64,000 bases of DNA from Haliotis rufescens (Eukaryota). Shown in pieces: positions 26,301 to 39,100 of this stretch; the first letter of the stretch is position 1, and every line of letters begins with the position of its first letter. Position numbers and translations under genes: made by a program. Location: the NCBI RefSeq assembly GCF_023055435.1, contig NW_025963868.1, positions 15,438,001 through 15,502,000 on the forward strand, in the 5' to 3' direction. The notes under the pieces were generated by a model that was not told the origin of the DNA, did no database searches, and saw nothing but the letters and a program-made list of their open reading frames with translations.

Positions 26301-28562
26301 ATGGTACTACAGCTTCAAAAAACCACTAACACAAATCCTAGTTCTATGTTGCATCTGATTTAAGTTAATATTCATTTCTGCATGACATCGCTTCTAGTCA
26401 AGTACACCATTGAGACAATTTGTTACAGTGGGTTTATTTTCAGAACCAGTCCTCGTCCCAGTAGCTGCTGGTGTTGGAGCGACACTCGTCATCGCCGTTG
26501 CTGTCAATGTTCTGATCTGGTACCGAGTGATCGCAACAAGGAAGCAAAAAACCAAAGGTGAATGAAATCATTCAAATTGAAACTATATACTCCCCAAACA
26601 ATAAAGGGGTATTACAAAATAACAGAATAACACAGAAATACAGAGAGGTGTCGAGTTGTGGTAATATGTGGGTAAGAAAAGGAAGGGCTAGGTGTAACAT
26701 GACAATCAATAGAACACGTTGGAGATGTATTGTAAGGGTGTAAATAACTAAGCAATACGACACAAGTGTCAAAATAATTAATATTTGAGGTGACTTGACA
26801 AAAAATGGGTGACACGATTGTTCAAACATTCGTTTATACCACGAAGCATGGTCCGAATCAATCTCCCAATGACAATTTGGGGGTGTCTTTCCATTCCTCT
26901 TATAGCGTCTGGACCAGTTCGGCTGATGAAGCGAGAGGCCTCTAACGTCGGCGTACACGTCTCCAAATCATGCTTTATAGGGAATGCTCAGGACTCTTAA
27001 TTAGTTTGCTGCTGGAGGTAGTCAGTCAAGGTGGGCACGAACGTTGTCGTACTGAAAGACAAAACGTGGATCAGCATTGCGCGGAAACCAGTGTCGCCAG
27101 CATGTTGTCTCGGTAGTTCGGTCCAGTGATCCTTCTGTGGAAGTGCAGTGGCGCTCCGACAGTCACAGTGATCCCGCCCCTTATCATTTCAGACCCAACC
27201 CCAACTCTGTCGTGTTGCCTGACGTTGACGTTCGCATGGCGCTCGTTACGACACCTCCTAGACACGTCCACGATTTTCCAGAAGGTCCAGAGTGAATCTG
27301 GAAACATTATACGAAACTATCGGATACACCCCGAGTTTCTACGCCCATTGGCGTCTGGAGAGAATGTGTCGATTCGTTGACGGTGGTACATGACGTAATG
27401 GTCGAGCATGCAGAGTAGCTGCATGCAGATGAATTCTTGTTGTTTGGTTATTAACTTGCCTTCTGGTGGCATGGCGCAACCGAACAGACATTTGATTGGC
27501 TGTTTAGGCTCGATTTCTGATTAATCTATCCTTGACTTGTGTTGTTGAGCTTGGGCGAAATGTGCGGTGCCTATCATTAAAACTGTGTGTCTGCAGAAAC
27601 CTGTTCCAAAGTCTGTTAAGGACAGACTGAGACACATCGAACGCACTGACTACCTCTCGCCGAGTTCTACCAGTTTGAAGCATGCCCATATCCCGTTATT
27701 GTTCGTCACGTTGTAGGCGATGCATTCCCAATCTGATAACAAATACTACAGTAGATGAAGAGAAGTATACGTGTTACTGGGGATAATGAAACTCATGACC
27801 AATGGCTCAGAGCGATTTGACGACCTTCTACTGAAGTGTCAAACTCAATAATGTCCCCTAACCCATGAGCATGGATGCATTGCAGGGTCCAGGAACAACG
27901 TTTCGGGTGTGTTGGGGCGTTTGGTTTGGTTCACTGGCTGTCATTTTCCAAAGCTGATCTTTCTTCTGAAGACCGATGGAAAATATATCATACATGATCC
28001 CCTACTCATTTTAGAGAGTGTTAATACTAAGTGGTTTGTACGTCTTCCATCCTGATGTTAATATGTTCTCTACGTCACAATATGTGTACAATACGTTTCG
28101 ACACTGAAGGGAATTCTGCCTGACATATTAAGAGAGGGTGGTCAGTCATGGTGCGTGTCATCATTATTCCATGGCGTGGCCCTGCTCATGCCTTTAGTCA
28201 CTAGTAAGTTATGTGCGTATGTTTACGAGTTGCTCAGACTTTCATCATTGAACAACGACCCCTCAATCAATCCACGCATACCTCTCGGTGCCAACTCTCG
28301 GTGAAACAAATCCTAATAAATGACACTTTCAGATAAAAAAGCCAGCACAGTAGAAAACAACGAGTACAACTTGACGACCTATGGCGATCATCATGACAGC
28401 GGTGACTACTCCGACCTCGCCAGCATCAGGCCAGTGTCTCTCATAGAGCCGATATACAGAGACGCCATGGAGATGCACAGTGACATCTACATCAACGCTG
28501 TCGACGACGAAGCTACCTATGAGAGTCCTGTGTGGGTCCGGGACCATCCCGATATATCCTAA
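23367..28562 (+). CDS. Gene B: single V-like Ig-domain membrane receptor with multi-Tyr tail (278 aa)
   Basis: Exons: 23367-23433 (MGWTSARRRWVSALCLHLLVVH), 24266-24610 Ig, 25955-26035 stalk, 26444-26557 TM, 28333-28562 tail; 837 nt, open frame. Leader, stalk and TM exon sizes (67/81/114) equal those of gene A. AATAAA near 29092. Confidence 0.85.
25140..25480 (+). mobile_element. SINE family 3 with conserved central domain (Meta-domain-like); second copy at ~47410-47730
   Basis: Both copies share ggcgctcggcatt...aacaaggactggtcggctcgg...tgtctg...gttaaactgcggc.tggtatctcagtggg. Confidence 0.65.
25912..25948. repeat. (CACT)n microsatellite abutting the acceptor of the gene B stalk exon
   Basis: Read directly. 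Confidence 0.95.
26750..27730 (-). pseudogene. Decayed Tc1-like transposase in last intron of gene B
   Basis: GMLQTGRTRREVVSAFDVSQSVLNRLWNRFLQT...RPSSTT HTH region plus degenerate DDE segments. Confidence 0.75.
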
Positions 28563-29299
28563 TGTTGCAGTCAGGCGTGGTCGCCAATCATTAAAGTGTC
28601 ATCGATGCTTATGAAATTGGTTACAGCTTGCTGTCCTTATTAAGTAACTTCGATTTGTATAAAATAAGTTAGCTGAGTGTGCAGGTCGCGCCACGTTGAT
28701 CATGGGAATCGGTCTGATAATAATTGTTTTGTCAGCACCATACCCGAGCTGTTGGGGGCTTCACACAAGAGGTGAAAGTCATCAACCCCCACATCAAACT
28801 GAGACCGTGGTATACATGTTGTGGAAATTCTGTCCGAGGCAACGTTAAATTCTGTTCACTAACTGTATCAAAAAAGCAAGATGTCACAGACGTTACTGGA
28901 ATAAGTCAAGTAGTGTTAAATATATTAGTTTTGTTTTCCGTACTGACGTTATGCAACAACATTACGTGTATTTGTTGGAGATGGTGTGGGTGATCATTTT
29001 GGGTTACCTGATAATAGGTAATAGTCTAATTGGTTTGACATACGCTTTAATACAGTAACTGAAAAATAGATAATTGAAAATGGTTATATGAAATAAAGAG
29101 GATAGATTGCTCGTTCGATTTTTTGCTTCCTTATGATGACAGGACTTGTAAAGAATGATTATTTTGAATAAAACATTTTGCATTTATGAATTAATTGTGT
29201 GGTACCAAGAGCATTTATCTGTCTGTCTGTCTGTCCGTCCGTCCGTCTGTCTATCTGTCTATCTATCTAATATATATATATACAGAGTCAAGATTTTCG

Positions 29300-29700
29300 T
29301 GTTTGTCAAAACTCACAGTGGATAAAGAGTTTTGACAAGTGTGGATAAAGGAGTTTTGACAAGCCCTATTTTTACTATATTTGATACATATATACCTGTA
29401 GAAGAGAGAGACTGTTGTGTCATTGTCACATTTGTAAATCGGGAATATCACAAAATATGGTGTTTTATTCCCAGCACACTGATAAATGTGTTGACCGAGT
29501 GGGATACAACGGCAATAGGGGGTCCCTTATTTGTTGTCGGAGGACCTTCAGCCTCGCCCTTAGGGTATCCCCTGTCTGTCCAATGTATTCAACCTTGCAT
29601 TCAGCACACTGTGTGACATAAATCAAACTTTTCGAAGCACAATTCATATTTTCACCGACACAGAGTGTTTTCCCGTCTTTGAATGTGAAAGAACAACATT
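29300..29700 (-). mobile_element. Penelope-like element fragment (GIY-YIG endonuclease)
   Basis: NCASKSLIYVTQCAECKVEYIGQTGDTLRARL matches the Penelope C...IY...CxxC...YIGQT...R motif. Confidence 0.8.
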
Positions 29701-29928
29701 GTATAAACGGAGGTTATAAGTTATCTGAGTACGTTTCCGTGCTCAACTTGAGCAGGAACTACTATGATCTCAAGTACGCTTTGGACCGTGCTCAACGCTG
29801 AGTTCGATATCAACAATGGCAGCTCACCTGCGTCAGTCTCGACAAGGAAAGCGGAAAGCCCGTGTTCCGAGAGTGTTTCGCGATCGTTACAACTCGCTGG
29901 AAGATCTAGATGTTGATGAAGATTTTGA

Positions 29929-30109
29929 GTGAGTGAGTGAGTGAGTGAGTGAGTATGGTTTTACGCCGCTTTTTTAAGCAATATTCCAGCAATATCACGG
30001 CGGGGGACACCAGAAATGGGCTTCACACATAGTACCCATGTCGTGAATCGAACCCGGGTCTTCGGCGTGACGAGCTAACGCTTTAACCACGAGGCTACCC
30101 GACCGCTCC
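29929..30109 (-). mobile_element. tRNA-derived SINE (family 2), full length, (ACTC)n tail
   Basis: Reverse complement of 39428-39598; TSD TGAAGATTTTGA at 29917 and 30110. Confidence 0.92.
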
Positions 30110-32059
30110 TGAAGATTTTGAACGGTATTGATTTAGACCACTCGTGTGAGTGGTGTTGCTCACTAGGTCAGATATGTCATGACAGTTAGACTTGAATACA
30201 GAATCAATTTGTTCATTCTATTTTTTATTCAGATACAGGCAGTGCTGAAACAGAACACTATTTATTCCGTATAGTCTGGCCATGCAAAGAGTGCAGATGA
30301 TTGATAAAATAGGGTACATTCAGTTAGAAGAAAATCACATTTTTAGTCCACTAGTCCTTACAATGATATACATCTAGCAAAACCCTTAACAGTGGCAATG
30401 TTCTACAAGTTCTTATGATTCCTTAACTATTGGGCAGTTTGGCAATGACTACATGACTAGGGCAAATTCCTAACGCTGCACGTTGTGACAGAGCGCTTCA
30501 ATTTATATTGTTTTTTAAATTTCTAAATCTGAACAAGATAAAGAGCTAGCTGGAATAAAATGCTGTCGTTTTTTGTAAGTAACGATACAAAACTTATGCA
30601 TGGTAGGATATTCATAATAAATGGATAACGCTATTTTCCCGGGCATTTTCATTTGCAGAAGCCGGACATACGAATAGTGCTTGGTATTCATCATCTAAGC
30701 CTGTTCTACAAATGCATAAACGATAACTAAGTCATGATCACTAGACATTCTATATTTGTCTTTCAAAATCAATCGAACAACATCTAAATTATGTTTGAGC
30801 TCTTCTCAAATCGACAGTCTTAACTGATGACAGATATTTTTCAGGCTGTCATAAGAATTTGTAGGTGCAATATAATAATACCTTATATCAATATATTAAT
30901 GCCTTTTTTGCCTGTTAAGCTGAGGCATCACATGCTTGATCTTGCAAAATGATCTTACTTTAAAGCAATTTACAAAAACTTGGAGCAAGCGCATATGTCA
31001 TGAATAACGATAAAGCAACACTGATATTCTTCTACCATTCATTACCTTAGTATTTCTCAATGTACAAACATATAATAGAATTGTTATCATCTCTGAAAAC
31101 AACATGGATACAGTTGATATTGTGTAACAGTATTTCTTTCAATTATCATTAACTGTTGTATCTCTGTCTAATTCAGCTGATTATGTCCGAGCACATCAGT
31201 AAATGTTGTTGTCATTCATATTGCAGCTGGTAATAATAATATCATAATATTATGGAACCAAAATAATATTGTCAAAACCTAATACCTGCTATTTTTTTGT
31301 TCTTGCCTTTGACATTTGAAATGAAATGGGCACAAATGATATTCCTTTTTTATGTTAAAAAATCTCTTCAACGTATATGAATACTATTGAAATTAAACAG
31401 TTATCTTGGGGAAATGCATCAATTTGGATCTATCTTACAAAAAAGATGCTTTTCTACGTAACTATGTGATACAATATCTTGAGTAATTTTGATGATAATT
31501 ATTTGACATGAATCCACTAAGGAAGTTCCAAATTCCGCGTTCATTTTCAGTTGGCAGTATACTGATTTCATCTGCAACATTTGAACTTCAATGTCTAATT
31601 TCTTTTGACTTTTTTTCTTACAATTCAATCTCCAGTTGCATTCTGTGTCCTGTATCGTATTCTCGTATGTTGCCTCAGCTTGTGTTCTTATTCATTTGCG
31701 GCTGCTCCTGTTGTCTGTAAATATAATGAGACTGACTTGTCATATTTCAGAAATATGATTTGTGTACACTGCTTCATCCCTGGGAGTATAGTATTGCTGT
31801 TAGCATTATGGGTGTTAGTGTGACTAAAATAAAATTCTAATATATTTCCTTCTCTTAGTGTGTTCAGCGAATGACAAGACAATGTATTATGTCAGGTAAT
31901 ACATGTATTAGCATCGTGCTAATGTGTTTTTATTTTCATGATTTTAAATAATAATCCATACAAAGGTAATATTATATTATTACTTGTATTATACAAGTCT
32001 GCAGGGTATAACCACACGTGATGAAAGCACAAAAAAGAAATGCCACGACTGTCACAGGA

Positions 32060-32862
32060 GCAGTGAGAGAGAGCCATCGGTATGGCCGAAATTGGGGCAA
32101 CACAGGTCCAAATTGCCAGAAGGTTTGGTTGTACACCATTGACAGTAGTCAGGCTGATTCAACGGTACAGGCAGACAGGGAGGACACAGGACAGACCTAG
32201 AACCGGACGACCCAGAGTGACAACACCACTGGAAGACGGTCAGATACGGCTCATTCACCTGCGAAACAGGTTCGTGATGGCGACGGCAGCAACAGCGTTG
32301 GGACATCCCATTAGCCAACGTACAGTACTACGACGACTTCGTGCTGCTGGAATCCGAGCGTATCGTTCTTTCCGAGGAATGGCACTGACTGCTCAACATC
32401 GACGCCTGAGACTGTGATTGGCGAGGCAGGTTCGACGCTGGCAAGTGAGAAATTGGCGTCGAGTGCTGTTTACTGATGAAAGTCGGTTTAATTTGTTTCG
32501 AAATGACGGCAGAGAACGAGTTTATCGACGCAGAGGGGAACGTTTGGCCCCGGCGTGTATTCGAGAGGTCCATCCATTCGGCGGGGGAGGTGTCATGGTG
32601 TGGGGCGGTATTTGTGGAGATCAGAAGACTGATTTGGTGATTATACAGGGAACCAAGTGTTGCAGCCAGTTGTGCTTCTGTTCTTACAAAACCAACAGCA
32701 GGGGACATTGTTTCAACACGACAATGCCAGATCCCGTACTGCAAGACTGACTCGGAAGTTTCTAAACCAGCAGAACGTTGACGTTTTGCCCTGGCCTGCC
32801 CACTCACCCGATATGAATCCTATTGAACATCTGAGGGACCATCTTGACAGACAGATTAGATG
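32060..32862 (+). pseudogene. Tc1-family transposase pseudogene
   Basis: HTH, GRPRVTT, VLFTDESRF, VMVWGGI, FQHDNAR, WPAHSPDMNPIEHL; one stop and a deletion/frameshift. Confidence 0.92.
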
Positions 32863-32984
32863 TTTCAAGATCTCAAGATGTTTAATAACCACTGCTTGAG
32901 TTCAAAACTCAACTTAGTACGAACTTGTGCATGAGCATGAATTTGAGCATGAAACTGAGTTGATTTGTTTATAGCCTCGGGGCC

Positions 32985-33375
32985 TGGACTCATCTGTGAA
33001 CAGTTTATTCTTCTGAACCTCAGATGCTGTCTGCACCAAGCTAGTCGTGCCTGAGGGGGACGTGAAAGCAAAATTGAGCGAGTCGCTGGAGGCTGGGGCG
33101 GAGTTTCTGCTCCCTCAACCGGTTGTGCAACTAATTGGTCTCAAACCCGGAATTAACCTAGTTGCTAATGTGGCAGGTTGGTATCGATTTCGTAGGTGCA
33201 CCAACCAAATATGGTTGTCTTGTTTGCGTGACAACCGTCCCGTGGCAAGTCAAGGGTGTTGCCCTGCTGTAGATAACGTCTCCAAAGAGATGACATTGTG
33301 TTTCGGTGAATAATAAAATATCTGGCAACTTCGTATTGCGCCATTCCTGTTTGTAGCATACCCACGGCGTGGGTC
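32985..33375 (-). pseudogene. Tc1-like N-terminal fragment; related fragment at ~52890-53140
   Basis: GMLQTGMAQYEVARYF...SSLWRRYLQQG; ARLAWCRQH. Confidence 0.65.
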
Positions 33376-34984
33376 GTTGTGAGACGTGAGTGCAGTTTAT
33401 ATTTATGTATCTTAACTTGAGATAAGGTTCAGTACCTGATAAGTTTATAGATCAAATCTACCCTACTTCATGTTTGATCAGGCATCTAGCTTGCAATTTT
33501 GTTGAGGACAAACTATGTGCCCTATGATGGATATTTTCGGACACACCCATGTCCTCTAGTGATCCAAACTTATTAGGCAATTTGATTTGGTGAGGAGTAT
33601 CCGTTTTCACCCATGTCAAGTCTCTTTGGCAGTTTATTGACAAAGTGGATATTAGCGAAGAGCTTAATTTCAGCGCAGTGGTCAGAGGGTGTCCTAGTGA
33701 CGGATGCGTAAGTTTCATTTGGCTCTTGGGTTTGGACAAGTGTTTTTGCAGCAGCAACACTGATGTCCTTGTGAACTTAATTATGTAAATGTTCCTTGTT
33801 GTTTCCAGAAGATATGTGATTTCCTGAACAGGCCCCCGGTACATGAGTATTTTCTCTGCAATGTCGTGTAGATCGATGCTCATGATGGCATTTACTGAAT
33901 TGTCTTTCCAGACTTGATATTTTTACAGACCGCCGTCATACAGCTGGAAAATTGCTGATTGCGGCGGCGTTAAACAAAGAAATAAAGAAACAAATAATCA
34001 CTGCACTGAACAAATGAAATAGATTTTGTGCAAATATTCACACCATGGACGTATATTTGGCATTTGAAACATCTCAGAGGGGTCTCATATAAGGGGTGCA
34101 TACATTTGTTATGGTGAAAACATCACCAACGACGTGACCAACAACATTAAAAGGCACACCACTGGTATGACACATAACAATACAAATGATACGACTGAAT
34201 CTGATTTTTGATTCACCTGTAAACATATAACAATTTGTTTCAGGAATTATGGTTACCTTACTGAGATTTCAAGGCATGAGGTTTCACTGTGCAATATTTA
34301 TTGTATGACATAAATTGATATTTTGAAAACGATATTACCCCGTAAATATGCACATCGTATATGAGGAAGTAGATACCGCTCCCTCAAACATATCAGCAAG
34401 GAAAGTTTCACACGTGTGCAGTATTCATGAATGATAATACTTATAATAAGGTCATGTACGGAATTATATTTGTTGACATTATATACAAATTGCACACTTT
34501 ACATTGGTGGAGTTCAATAACATCGCGTTCTCGACTGCATGATTGTCGCAGGTCTTGCCACTTCGATGCACCAACAACGCAAGGTAAGGAATGTTTTGTT
34601 TAACGCTGCACTGAGTAATATTGAAGCTATATGTATATAATTTAGTATGGACCAGACAATACTGTGAATGATATAACGAACAAGGATTCATGCCGTGGGA
34701 TACGATGACAGCAAACAGATCAATTTACCGAGTCAGACCACCCGTTCCTTGGTGCCTGTTGAAAGTAAAACTATTTCTGCTTCCAGGGCACGAATGGCAC
34801 AGTCGTCTAATTAAGGTATCGCAATTCGCTGTACAGAGCTGCGTCGTTTGGACATGCCAGACACATGTACCTATAATCGTGGGATGGAATCCCGGCTCGC
34901 CCTGATAATGTGTCTTGGTCTTTAAGCACCATATCCGTGCTCGTTGGTTTCACCAAAGTGGTAAAGGTGTGCACCATTTCGGGC

Positions 34985-35660
34985 TTTCCTCCTTCCGTGA
35001 TATCACTGCAATACTTTCCTCCTTCCCTGATATCACTGCAATACTTTCCTCCTTCCCTGATATCACTGGAATACTTTCCTCCTTCCCTGATATCACTGGA
35101 ATACTTTCCTCCTTCCCTGATATCACTGGAATACTTTCCTCCTTCCGTGATATCCCTTCAATACTTTCCTCCTTCCGTGATATCACTTCAATACTTTCCT
35201 CTTTCCGTGATATCACTTCAATATTTTCCTCTCACGCCGTGATATCACTGAAAGACTCGTCCTTCCGTGATATCACTGCAATACTTTCCTCCTTCCGTGA
35301 TATCACTGCAATACTTTCCCCCCTCCGTGATATCACTTCAATACTTTCCTCCTTCCGTGATATCACTTCAATACTTTCCTCCTTCCGTGATATCACTGCA
35401 ATACTTTCCTCTCACGCCGTGATCTCGTTGGAAAACTTTCCTCCCACGCCGTGATATTACTGGATACTTTCCTTCCACGCCGTGATGTCACTGGAATACT
35501 TTAATTCCCTCCTTCCGTGATATCACTGGAATACTTTCCTCCCACGCCTTGATATCACTGGAATACTTTCCTTTCACGCCGTGATGTCACTGGAATTTTT
35601 TCCTCCTTCCGTGATATCACTGGAATACTTTCCTCCCGCGCCGTGATATCACTGGACTAC
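34985..35660. repeat. 30-bp minisatellite (TTTCCTCCTTCCGTGATATCACTGCAATAC) inside a SINE-like element
   Basis: Tandem units followed by ...gcgtcgttaaacccaactcactcact tail. Confidence 0.9.
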
Positions 35661-36153
35661 TGTCCAAAGCGTCGTTAAACCCAACTCACTCACTGGCTCA
35701 CCCCAAGTAGAATCGTTGCATATGCTGTCAAACACTGGTCTGCCTTTATTTACACACACACCCCTCCTTCTTGACACAGCTGTTATATTGCTGGATACGG
35801 AGTAAAAAAAATTTCATTCTTTCAAATAACAATAAAATAGATTGTCCTCCTGTAAACAAATCAATGTTATTGCAACATTCTTGTCCAAAAGAAAACCATG
35901 ATATATCTGTTGCAACAGATTTTATTTGTAAACATGTCACAAACATGAGTATGAGCACGTGCTTGCGTGCGTGCGTGCGTGCGTGTGTGTGTGTTTGTTG
36001 ACACGCACCCGTATCTTGGTTTTTTAATGTTTAATGTTTATACACCCGAAGAAATCACTTCCACTATATTATCAAATGTAATAACTATTAGAGAGCGTAT
36101 TTGAATCTTTCGAAGTCTTCGCATATTTTCTTTTGTAATAACAGGTCTTGAGG

Positions 36154-39100
36154 ATGGGGTGGACGTCGGTGAGGCGTCGTTGGGTCTCTGCTCTCTGTCT
36201 TTGCCTTCTGGTAGTTCATGGTTTGTATAGTGCGTTACATAAGGTAGTTGCTTTTCATTGTGTTAATGTCTGGTTTTGTTTTCTCTACAGTGTTATTTCT
36301 CATTTTACTCTGAGATAACATCATGTACAACCACGGGGTAGATCCGTGATGTGTAAAATTGTCGCTTTATGAACTTGGTAGAATTTCTGGTGAAAAGGTT
36401 ACAAACTCGTAAGGCGTGGTGGCCTCCATGTACCTTATGATCTCACCTTGTATATTGGAAATTCATGTCACACAGGTTTCGCAAGACCTGTGTTAATTCT
36501 ATACTTGTAATCAGTCAAATTCTGTTCACTGTGCACATGCATTAAAAGATAATATCATATGTATTGGTAACATGAACATTTTAGTTACATTACATTGCAG
36601 CGTAATACTTGCTACAGTATGTAGAAATCAGTCATATCATATAATATATACATATATGATTAATGGATTATATTTTCTGCACTTACACTTATTTATTGGA
36701 CAGTGAGTGAGTGATTGAATATTTATAGTCACATCGGCAATTTTTCAGCCATATCGTGACTAAATCAAGTTAGTTTTATTGGACAGAACATACGTTGTGA
36801 TATGTTGCTTTATATCATACTAGACAGAACTTACAGTATTCAAGCAATATGTTATTGTACAGACAAATAGCTACACACATCTTTCATTTATTTCACACAG
36901 CATCTTCGTTGAAGTACCGCCTTACATCTACACCAGCTATAGAAGGGGAGCCATGTACTCTATCGTGTAGACACGATCACACCATAGGAACTGCACTGTG
37001 GTACAGGAACCTGGTCCGGATTTTTCAAACAAATAGGAATTTCCCACTTGAGATGCTTGACAGGAACACTGATCACGAGGAGTTCCGGTCTGTGTCAGGA
37101 CGTATCTCTGTGGATGCAACCCCGATCCGACACAACGTGATCCTCACCATCAACTCTACACTGGATGAGGGATCTGTGTGGAGGTGTGGTCTAGAGGAGG
37201 ATTGTAGTAATAACCTGACAGTAAGGGTGGTCAAGCCAGTCACTGGTATGTAATTCGTTGCGGGAGACACAGTAAATGTCATTAATATGTCACTATTATT
37301 ATTTCACTGAAACAATCCATGTCAGAAACAAATCGCGATTGCCACAAATTCAAACACTGGATAAGACATCTATGTGGACCTGGCGCGTAGGGGAGTATCA
37401 TTGTAGCAACAATAACAGTAACTGAATCCACCATTCACAAAATGAATGGGAGATGTGGTTCTGACTCGGATGTTGGTGAATTTACGTACGTAGATCATAA
37501 TGGGACCAGTGTCATTGATTATGTTATATGTTGACCACAATCTTTTCATTGCTGTACTGATTTTACTATTACACCAAGAGCTGAATCATCGCATCTACCT
37601 GTCACTGTCAGCCTACAATCAGCAGATGTCACATGTCCTAGACATTTAGGTGACACACCTAGTAATACAGGTGATTGTTCAAGTTTGTGTGGGATTATGA
37701 TAAGAACGAGCAATTTCAAGATGCTTTTTTACTCTGATAGTGTACACGAATTACTTCACAGATCAATGGAAGTGGCACTCTTCTAGGATTATTCTCTCAC
37801 AGTTTCGCACGTCGAGCAGTGATCTTATGGTATCACAGGGTAGAAAGTTAGGTATTCCAAAGTGTGAAAGACTTTGTCCATTTTGTATCATTCCAAGTGT
37901 AGAAACAGAATACCATGTTTGTTTAGTTTGTCCGTTTTATGACGATCTTAGAAGAAACTTTCTGCCAAGTTATTATTATACATCTCCATCAGAGCATAAA
38001 TGTAAGGTTTTATTTACCACCAGTAATGCTTTCACAATCAATAATCTTGCCAAGTTTACATTTTTTGCTCTTAAAATGAGGAGCAAGCAGTTGTCCATTA
38101 TATAAACTACTAATTCTACCACCATATGTATATGGTCTCAGATACCCTTGTACGGATTAGTATTGATATTACTACATGCACTTGTGGCGCAACATGTTTG
38201 AATGCTTGAATATATATATTGTAAAATGGGCCTGTGGCCTGATTTACTGAAATAAACCACTACTACTAATGGGAGTGGCACTAACTGATATTAATGAGAG
38301 TGTGCAATGTTTGGTTGAAGGATTGTGTTAGTCATATATGTGTATGAGAAGGAAAGTTAGTCGAAGTATTACAGATAAGAAATGGTTTGATATTGAGTGT
38401 GAATTCCTCACAAAGAAAAGATGTAGGTGCTTTAATATACATAGAAAAAATAAAGATGCAGAATCCTTATCAATTTACAACCAGGTTAGAAATAAGTATA
38501 ATAGTACATGCAGAAGTAAAAAAGGCAATACAAGGCGAGACAGCGAGAAAAACTAGAAAGTAGCATAAAGTATCCAGAAACGTTCTGGTCTACTCTCAAA
38601 CACTCGGATGGTAAGAGACAGGTTTATAAAAATGACATAAACATAGATACCTGGAATATACATTTGAGAGACTTATTTTCTTTTGACAATAACAGTGAAG
38701 ATTTGCAGGAAGACATCGAAATAAACAGTGAATAGGCTAGTTTAGTAGCTGACATATTATATTTTCCTATTTCAAGAGAAGAAATCACTTCAAATATACA
38801 AAGATTGAAAAAAGAAAAGTCTCCTGATATTGACAACGTAATACCCGAGTTTTTTAAGAATTCATCAGATATAATTGTCTCATATTTAGAAGTGTTGTAT
38901 AATGCTATTTTTGAACATTCCAATTTCCCAAAGATTGGTCAGTGGGCATTATCATTCCTTTTCACAAACAAAGGTAATGTAAATGATACCAATAGCTACA
39001 GAGGCATCACATTATTAAGCATACTGAGTAAAATATTCTTAGATATCATTAATAGAAGATTAGTATTTTGGGCTGAATCATTTAAGAAAATAGATGAGAC

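Noticed and set aside
28333-28562. Canonical ITAM in the A/B tails
   Set aside because: Spacing and +3 residues (YxxL-x12-YxxA-x7-YxxA) do not fit YxxL/I-x6-8-YxxL/I.
29705-32985. Possible Harbinger-like element around the Tc1 copy
   Set aside because: Only one plausible end (...tttatagcctcggggcc) and a weak coiled-coil ORF; no matching TIR or TSD found.
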